Shown one piece after another: positions 31,211 through 37,550 of a DNA stretch of 37,550 nucleotides (the first letter of the stretch is position 1; every line of letters begins with the position of its first letter). A program made the position numbers and the translations under genes. The stretch comes from a bacterium (lineage in GTDB: Bacteria; Margulisbacteria; Marinamargulisbacteria; GCA-2716485; JAYNIM01), in contig JAYNIM010000009.1 of assembly GCA_038109055.1 (NCBI GenBank), positions 1-37,550 of the forward strand, given 5' to 3'. Below the pieces are notes generated by a model. The model searched no databases, had not been told where the DNA came from, and saw only the letters and a list, made by a program, of their open reading frames with translations.

Positions 31211-31239
31211 TTGACATTTGTTTTTTTTATTATTATGTT
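31211..31239 (+). promoter_or_regulatory. promoter for rplU-rpmA-obgE
   Basis: TTGACA (31211-31216), 17 bp spacer, TATGTT (31234-31239). Confidence 0.55.
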
Positions 31240-31278
31240 AATAGGCTAATATTATTAATTTAAAAGCGAGCATTTAAC

Positions 31279-31752
31279 ATGACTAAAAAAGAACCCACTA
31301 TTAAGGAAACCAAATCATCGAAAGTTGAAACACCCTTAAACGTTAAATCAGGAAAAACACCTGCGCCTAAGAATGTATCTAAAAATTCCAATGATGACCC
31401 TACGTCTACCCCTTTTGCCGTCATAGAGACTGGAAATCAGCAGTATATTGTTAGGACTGGCATGATTCTTAGTTTTGAAAAGCTTGATCATAAAGACAAA
31501 GATACACTGCAGTTTGATAAAGTTTTGCTTTATTCTGATGCAAGTACATTTAAAGTTGGTCAACCCTATTTAACTGATGTTGTGGTGCATGCTGACATCC
31601 TGAATACTGAGAAGGATAAAAAAGTTATTGGCATGAAATTTAAACGAAAAACTGGCTACAAAAAAGTATTGGGACATCGCCAATGGATGACCACAGTTAA
31701 AATATCTAAATTTAGTATTTCTAAAGCGAAAAAAGCGAAGGAGTCTGCTTAA
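31279..31752 (+). CDS. rplU: 50S ribosomal protein L21 with N-terminal extension
   Basis: [23 protein letters not shown]; precedes rpmA. Confidence 0.95.
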   Translation: MTKKEPTIKETKSSKVETPLNVKSGKTPAPKNVSKNSNDDPTSTPFAVIETGNQQYIVRTGMILSFEKLDHKDKDTLQFDKVLLYSDASTFKVGQPYLTDVVVHADILNTEKDKKVIGMKFKRKTGYKKVLGHRQWMTTVKISKFSISKAKKAKESA

Positions 31753-31753
31753 A

Positions 31754-32002
31754 ATGGCACATAAAAAGGGTAAAGGTTCAACTAAAAATGGTCGTGACAG
31801 TCAGTCTAAACGGCTAGGCGTGAAGCGATTTGGTGGAGAAAAAGTCGTTGCAGGTAATATTCTAGTTAGACAGCGTGGAACTCGGTTTCTTGCTGGTTCT
31901 CACGTAGGCGTGGGTAAAGATTATACTCTTTTTGCTTTGCAAGATGGTGTTGTTGAATTTAAGTTTGTTAAGAAAAATAAAAAAATTGTTCATATTGTCT
32001 AG
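31754..32002 (+). CDS. rpmA: 50S ribosomal protein L27
   Basis: [29 protein letters not shown]. Confidence 0.99.
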   Translation: MAHKKGKGSTKNGRDSQSKRLGVKRFGGEKVVAGNILVRQRGTRFLAGSHVGVGKDYTLFALQDGVVEFKFVKKNKKIVHIV

Positions 32003-32021
32003 TTCCTTTTAATTTTTTCTG

Positions 32022-33014
32022 ATGCCTTTTGTTGATCTTTTAACACTGACTGCTTTTGGAGGGCATGGAGGGGCTGGATCTGCTAGTTTTAATCGTAAAA
32101 AGTTTCAACCCCATGGAGGACCTGACGGTGGAGATGGTGGTTGTGGTGGGTCTGTGATTTTACGTGCTAAATCATCGTTAAGTTCATTGATGGATTTAAG
32201 CTATAAGCGAACTTATAGAGCGCCTAACGGTCAGACTGGCATGGGGGATTTGAAATATGGCGCTGATGGTAAAAATGTATATTTGGATGTCCCTTGTGGG
32301 TCTATTATTAAAACTACTACTGGGGATACTTTAGCAGACTTGTGTGAGAATGGTCAGACTTTTGTACTTGCTAAAGGTGGAAAAGGTGGATTGGGAAACC
32401 GTCATTTTGCTAGTTCACGTAAACAAAGCCCCACCTATGCCCAAGCTGGTTTGCCTGGTGATGAAATAACCGTGTGTATTGAGTTGCAATTGATTGCTGA
32501 CATAGGATTGATTGGCTGCCCGAATGCTGGTAAATCAACCTTACTTCACCTTTTAACAGACGCCAAAGTTAAAATAGCAAACTATCCCTTTACCACACTT
32601 ACCCCCAACTTAGGTATTTTAAAATATATTGATCAACATATTACCCTTGCTGATATTCCTGGCTTAGTTAAAGGAGCTGCAAAAGGTGTGGGGCTAGGCC
32701 ATGATTTTTTAAGACATATTTCTCGAACTCGCTACTTGCTCCATCTGATTGAAGCCAACGACGATCCAAAGGTTTGCTATGAGACTTATGAATTAATACA
32801 AAATGAACTTCGCTTAAGTCCTTTTCCTGTGAGTCATAAACCTCAATTAGTGCTTATTACTAAAATTGATACTATCACTCAGTCAGCTCTGGATACAATC
32901 CAACGTTATTTTGCCAACAAAGGTCTTTGTTCTATTTACTTTATCTCTACAAAGGATAGTAAACGACTTGCGATTTTGAAAGCGGCTATTCAAAAAAAAC
33001 TTCCCAGCACGTAA
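32022..33014 (+). CDS. obgE: GTPase ObgE/CgtA, without C-terminal extension
   Basis: Gly-rich Obg fold GGPDGGDGG, G1 GCPNAGKST, YPFTT, DIPG. Confidence 0.97.
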   Translation: MPFVDLLTLTAFGGHGGAGSASFNRKKFQPHGGPDGGDGGCGGSVILRAKSSLSSLMDLSYKRTYRAPNGQTGMGDLKYGADGKNVYLDVPCGSIIKTTTGDTLADLCENGQTFVLAKGGKGGLGNRHFASSRKQSPTYAQAGLPGDEITVCIELQLIADIGLIGCPNAGKSTLLHLLTDAKVKIANYPFTTLTPNLGILKYIDQHITLADIPGLVKGAAKGVGLGHDFLRHISRTRYLLHLIEANDDPKVCYETYELIQNELRLSPFPVSHKPQLVLITKIDTITQSALDTIQRYFANKGLCSIYFISTKDSKRLAILKAAIQKKLPST

Positions 33015-33023
33015 ACTAAGATT

Positions 33024-33812
33024 ATGAATAAAAAAATTGTCATTAAATTGGGTAGTAATATTCTTACGACCCCAAAAGGTGATTTAGATCTAGCGCAGAT
33101 ACAGCATGTTGCACAGCAATTTAAACACATCTCACAGACTATCCCTGATCTCGACCTTCTTTTAGTGTCGTCTGGGGCAATAACCTGTGGATCTGATGCG
33201 TTGCAGGTCATTCCGGAAACTATCCCTGAAAAGCAGGCCGCGGCGTCCGTGGGACAAATCTTGTTAATGTCCACGTATGCACGTTATTTTTCTGCTGAAG
33301 GATTCTCTATTGGCCAAATTTTACTCACCAAAGAAGGCTTAACCCATTCTGTCTACTCAGCCAATATACGAAATACGCTTGCTACCTTACTCGCTAAGGG
33401 GGTTGTCCCTATTTTTAATGAAAATGATTCGGTTGCAACGGATGAAATTGGGGAACGTTTTGGTGATAATGATGAGCTATCCGGCTTGGTATCGATGTTA
33501 ATTGGTGCTCATAAATTGATTATTTTGAGTGATACGGATGGCCTTTTTGACAAGCACCCAGGTAAACATAACGATGCTCGATTACTTTCAGAGGTGACCT
33601 GTGTTAATGAGGCTATTTTGGGTTTGGCGGATGACCAAGATGCCTCGCATCGAAATCGTGGAGGCATGCACGCCAAACTTCTAACAGCTCAACGCTGTAC
33701 CTCGGCGGGTATTCAGGTACATATTGCGAATGGTAGGCGCCCACATGTGCTTCGTGATATTTTAGCTGAACGTGCTGTTGGTACCACGTTTCATGTGACT
33801 AAGGAGGATTAA
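33024..33812 (+). CDS. proB: glutamate 5-kinase, short form without PUA domain
   Basis: IVIKLGS, VSSGA, QAAASVGQ, NENDSV, FGDNDELS, GGM.AK. Confidence 0.96.
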   Translation: MNKKIVIKLGSNILTTPKGDLDLAQIQHVAQQFKHISQTIPDLDLLLVSSGAITCGSDALQVIPETIPEKQAAASVGQILLMSTYARYFSAEGFSIGQILLTKEGLTHSVYSANIRNTLATLLAKGVVPIFNENDSVATDEIGERFGDNDELSGLVSMLIGAHKLIILSDTDGLFDKHPGKHNDARLLSEVTCVNEAILGLADDQDASHRNRGGMHAKLLTAQRCTSAGIQVHIANGRRPHVLRDILAERAVGTTFHVTKED

Positions 33813-33815
33813 ACA

Positions 33816-35060
33816 ATGCGCTCTATCTACGACCAATGTAAAGACGCTCGGCAGGTTTATTTGGACATGGCCTGTTTGAGTACGGCAACTAAAAACAAGG
33901 CTCTTCAGGCTATGGCCACAGCTATTCAAGACCATCAAGACGATATTTTGGCGGCGAATGCTCAGGATATGGCACAAGCGAAAGAAACAGGGATGGCTGT
34001 CGGTCTCCAAGATCGTTTGCGTCTGGATGCTCAACGTCTTGAGGGGATCTCGCAAAGCTTGCGTGATATTGCAGGCTTTCCAGATCCTGTTGGGGATATT
34101 TTGGATGATTTTACACGCCCTAATGGCTTGCGTATCCGTAAGAAACGGGTGCCTATTGGGGTGATTGGAATCATCTATGAAGCACGCCCTAATGTTACGG
34201 CTGATGCTATTGGACTGTGTTTAAAAACAGGGAATGCGGTGGTACTCAGAGGCAGTGCGTCAGCTTATCATAGTAATCTGGCTATTTTAAGGTGTTTGAG
34301 AGATGCAGCCATCCCTGTTGGTGTGCCTAAAGACGGCATGCAACTTTTGGAAGACACACGACGTGAAAGTGTCAAAACCTTTGTCTGCATGACGGGTATC
34401 TTAGATTTGGTGATTCCTAGAGGAGGCGCTGGACTGATTCAATCTGTGGTTCAACATGCGACGGTACCCTGTATTGAAACAGGGGTTGGCAACTGCCATG
34501 TCTATGTAGATCGCTCTGCTAATTTGGATCAGGCTTATGAAGTTGTGATTAATTCTAAGACTCAACGTCCCTCTGTGTGTAATGCCTGTGAAACACTGTT
34601 ACTGGATGATGCCTTGCCTATAGACTTTAAAAAACGCTTACTATTGGGCTTGCAAGATAAGGGGGTTCGTCTTAAAGGCTGCTTGCTTACTCAGGCCCTT
34701 TGTTCAGATATTGAGGCTGCAACTGCGGATGACTGGGATATAGAATTTCATGACATGATTTTAGCGGTTAAATGTGTTGAGGGGCTTGATGCTGCTATTT
34801 CTCATATTCAAGCTCATGGCACGCTACATACAGAAGCTATTTTGGCAGAAAATCCCTCCAGTATTGCCTTGTTTTCCCAAAAAATTGATGCCGCTTGTAT
34901 TGCTATTAATGCTTCAACTCGCTTTACGGACGGGGGAGAATTTGGTTATGGTGCTGAGATCGGTATCTCGACACAAAAACTGCATGCACGAGGCCCTATG
35001 GGATTGACTGAGCTTTGCTCGTATCAGTATCTTCTAGAGGGTAGTGGGCAGTGTCGTTGA
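33816..35060 (+). CDS. proA: gamma-glutamyl phosphate reductase
   Basis: GVIGIIYEARPNVT, IPRGG, GNCHVY, RPSVCNA.E, NASTRFTDGGEFG.GAEIGISTQKLHARGPMGL. Confidence 0.98.
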   Translation: MRSIYDQCKDARQVYLDMACLSTATKNKALQAMATAIQDHQDDILAANAQDMAQAKETGMAVGLQDRLRLDAQRLEGISQSLRDIAGFPDPVGDILDDFTRPNGLRIRKKRVPIGVIGIIYEARPNVTADAIGLCLKTGNAVVLRGSASAYHSNLAILRCLRDAAIPVGVPKDGMQLLEDTRRESVKTFVCMTGILDLVIPRGGAGLIQSVVQHATVPCIETGVGNCHVYVDRSANLDQAYEVVINSKTQRPSVCNACETLLLDDALPIDFKKRLLLGLQDKGVRLKGCLLTQALCSDIEAATADDWDIEFHDMILAVKCVEGLDAAISHIQAHGTLHTEAILAENPSSIALFSQKIDAACIAINASTRFTDGGEFGYGAEIGISTQKLHARGPMGLTELCSYQYLLEGSGQCR

Positions 35061-35073
35061 TCTGTTTATTTTA

Positions 35074-37550
35074 TTAAACATCAGGCTCTGCATCTCCTGC
35101 TGCTTCTCCTGCTTCGTCTTGCACTTCTCCACTACTTGTCCATACAAGAGAATCATCCCCGTCTGAGTTATATCCGACATTACTCGCATTAACTGCGTCT
35201 CTTTCCTGCTCTAATTTACTTCTTAACTCTGTAAATGTTCTGTTAGCTTTATTTAATTCATCTACTACCTCTTGGGCGGCTTTCGGCAGCTGCACCCTTT
35301 CTCCGTTTTCATCTACTCTATAGTTTCCTTCTATGTATTGAATGAGCTCTATCTTATTTGCTCTAGGAATGTCTTGTAGTATACGGGCTTTCTCCCTTTT
35401 TAGTTTTACTTGCGCTTTTCTTAGTCTTTGTCTAGTAAGATTCGGATCAACTAATTTTTCAAATGTATCTAGGTCCTTTTTATTCATCTTCTTTAGAACG
35501 TCTGCTAGCATGATTTTACTTGGAGCAAATCCTTTCTCTAGCTCCGATATCTTCTCTTTTAACTCATCTTTTTGACTCTTTAATGTAGCTTTTTCAGCTT
35601 CATATTTCTTGCTATCCTCTATTATAGATTGAACTGCTTTTGGAAGTGTGTCCACCTGGATTTCTTGGCTATTTTTTACTCTATTATACCATGTATATAC
35701 CTGCCTATCCTCGGTAGTTAAACCACGCTCCTTTTCTCCTCTCTGGTGCCTGTATCTTACTCTTCGAACGTCTATCTCTTGGTTTATTTTTTTTATTTGA
35801 TCCTGATAGGCTACTTGTTGATTTTGTGATAAGCTTCCTGGCGCTGTAGCCTCAAATTGTGTAAGTATAGCTTCTTTTGCATCTTCCCCTAAACCTTTGA
35901 CTAATGCCTCTATGGTTTTTATTTGCGTTGCTCTTTCATCTGCCTCCTCTACTTGCTTTGCTAGTCTCGATAGATTCTCTCCTAATTGCTTTAAATTATC
36001 TTGTGTTTCATGCTTTTCTCTACGACGTTCTACTACTGCACCCGTACCTCCAACCACAGCAACTGCTGCTGCCGTAGTCAATAGACCTGCCGGGCCCAAA
36101 GCTGCCAATGAAGTACCGGCTGCAATACCGGCGACTTTAGCTTTTGTATCGCTTTTTGTAGACTGTGATTCTACTTCTATGCCACTCATAAGTTTTACAA
36201 TTAAGTTATTACTCTCCGCTCTAACTAGACCTTCACATTCCTCTAGCTGATCTTGAGGCATTATCGCTATAATTTCTTTTAAACTAATTAAAGATACGTC
36301 AAAGCCACCTGGGCTATCTGTGCTGAGTACAGTGATTTGATGATTTAATTTCTCTATTTCTTCTGCTAATTTTCTTTTTTGTTCTTCTAGCTGAGCCGGT
36401 GTGGACGTTGTGTCTTGTGTGTCTAGCTGGCTCACCTTACCCTCTATCTCTTTTACCTGAGCCTCGCATAGGCTTATTTGATGTTTTAACAATTCTCCTG
36501 GGAATTTTTTGTCTAATTGCCTTATCACGCTTTCTTGTTCGTGAGAGGATAATTTATGGACTAAGTGCAATATAGTCTTCCTTTGTGCTATATTCGCACT
36601 GTTTCCTCCCATTTTGTATTCCATACCTACTGTCACTGCTACTTCAGCAGCCGCTTCAGCAGCTAACATCGCCGGGTGTGCCAGATGAAGAGCATGTAGT
36701 GCTACTTTTGATCCCAAAGAAGTCGTAGTCCCTGCTTTTGCCATGCTAGAATTAGGTTTTGACCAATCCTGCTGTGGCTTTTCCATTAACAGATGTATAA
36801 GTGTCGGAATTGATTTGCGTAACGGGTGCGTTTCTGGTAGCTTCATGGTGATTAATGCGGCCATGCTTCCCAGTAGCTTAGAGTCTTTAGTCTCTGAATT
36901 TGATATAACTGTTTGGCAAATTTGTATTAGGGCTACTGTCTCTTGATCTAAACCTTCAAATATGGACTCTTCTATAAAATTCTGCCAAGTTTTTTGTACA
37001 TCCCTGAATAAACGATCAAAATTTATATTTTCTTGATGGCCTTCAGCCGCTATGTGACTTTGGAGTGCCTCTTTAGAAGCGAGCGGCCTTTGTTCATAAT
37101 TCTTGACTACAGCATCCGCAACCCCATGGAAGACCTCTAAAGTAGTGCCCGCTTCATTCAGAGCAAGTGTTACCGCCTCTTTCTCACCGTTGTTGCTTAA
37201 GGCTGTTAAGGATGATGGTCCTTTATAATAATAATTAGAGCTTACGCTCATTGTTTGTCTGGCTGCCGTTTTTGTTGCTTCTAAGTCTATCTCGCCTGTA
37301 TTTATTCTTAGCGTTGCAAGTTGCTTGACTGTTGATTCACTGTGCTGTTCTTCTTTTTCTACCGCTGCTTCTTTTTCCAAATGTGTGTTTACATCTGTCT
37401 GTAAGTCTTTCAACTTACGTGTATTTTCTCCACTTTTCGTTCCCGGTATTTCTCCCTTCGTAAACTGTGTTTTAATCAACTCATTTCTCTTGGTTTCGCT
37501 TAGCTGTTCTAAAGATGCTTCTACCTGAGATTTTAGATCGTTATATTCTT
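35074..37550 (-). CDS. large uncharacterised helical/coiled-coil protein with internal duplication; 5' end lies outside the window
   Basis: 801 aa ORF whose frame stays open upstream of the TTG at 37479 to the window edge (EYNDLKSQVEASLEQLSETKRNELIKTQF...); no family motif recognised. Confidence 0.85.
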   Translation of the reverse strand, partial: EYNDLKSQVEASLEQLSETKRNELIKTQFTKGEIPGTKSGENTRKLKDLQTDVNTHLEKEAAVEKEEQHSESTVKQLATLRINTGEIDLEATKTAARQTMSVSSNYYYKGPSSLTALSNNGEKEAVTLALNEAGTTLEVFHGVADAVVKNYEQRPLASKEALQSHIAAEGHQENINFDRLFRDVQKTWQNFIEESIFEGLDQETVALIQICQTVISNSETKDSKLLGSMAALITMKLPETHPLRKSIPTLIHLLMEKPQQDWSKPNSSMAKAGTTTSLGSKVALHALHLAHPAMLAAEAAAEVAVTVGMEYKMGGNSANIAQRKTILHLVHKLSSHEQESVIRQLDKKFPGELLKHQISLCEAQVKEIEGKVSQLDTQDTTSTPAQLEEQKRKLAEEIEKLNHQITVLSTDSPGGFDVSLISLKEIIAIMPQDQLEECEGLVRAESNNLIVKLMSGIEVESQSTKSDTKAKVAGIAAGTSLAALGPAGLLTTAAAVAVVGGTGAVVERRREKHETQDNLKQLGENLSRLAKQVEEADERATQIKTIEALVKGLGEDAKEAILTQFEATAPGSLSQNQQVAYQDQIKKINQEIDVRRVRYRHQRGEKERGLTTEDRQVYTWYNRVKNSQEIQVDTLPKAVQSIIEDSKKYEAEKATLKSQKDELKEKISELEKGFAPSKIMLADVLKKMNKKDLDTFEKLVDPNLTRQRLRKAQVKLKREKARILQDIPRANKIELIQYIEGNYRVDENGERVQLPKAAQEVVDELNKANRTFTELRSKLEQERDAVNASNVGYNSDGDDSLVWTSSGEVQDEAGEAAGDAEPDV

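Noticed and set aside
30872..31278. Possible unannotated rpmG (L33) upstream of tRNA-Trp
   Set aside because: I could not see an L33-like reading frame; the region looks like an AT-rich promoter spacer.
32850..32875. ObgE G4 motif TKID instead of NKxD, and no C-terminal domain
   Set aside because: (N/T)KxD is within the G4 consensus and short Obg proteins are common.
33762..35007. Short alternative-frame or antisense ORFs overlapping proB/proA
   Set aside because: They overlap well-supported genes and have no independent coding signal.
37477..37479. TTG start given for the 801 aa ORF
   Set aside because: The frame stays open to position 37550 and there is no clear SD, so the real start is probably outside the window.
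569..37550. Alternative genetic code (UGA=Trp) suggested by low GC
   Set aside because: TGA acts as a stop for several genes (rplB, rpsQ, rplA, proA), conserved genes are full length under code 11, and the tRNA-Trp anticodon is CCA.

Overview
AT-rich bacterial window made up mostly of core translation and transcription genes. The minus strand carries a nearly gap-free ~30 kb superoperon: tRNA-Trp, secE-nusG-rplKAJL, rpoBC, rpsLG-fusA-tuf, the S10, spc and alpha clusters, truA-rplM-rpsI and, unusually, serA. The promoter and 5' end of a 16S rRNA gene follow on the same strand. A divergent plus-strand unit holds rplU-rpmA-obgE-proB-proA. It converges on a large orphan ORF (>820 aa, open past the window edge) containing a duplicated hydrophobic-hairpin plus coiled-coil module. 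Several traits suggest a fast-evolving, non-photosynthetic relative of Cyanobacteria, possibly Margulisbacteria: no rpsD, rpmD or map in the cluster, a minimal 16S V1, a compact RpoB, and an unsplit RpoC with a ~225 aa trigger-loop insertion. That assignment is inference only. I see no CRISPR array, mobile element or defence system. The best novelty candidates are the orphan repeat protein, the intermediate RpoC architecture and a structured element between serA and the rRNA promoter.
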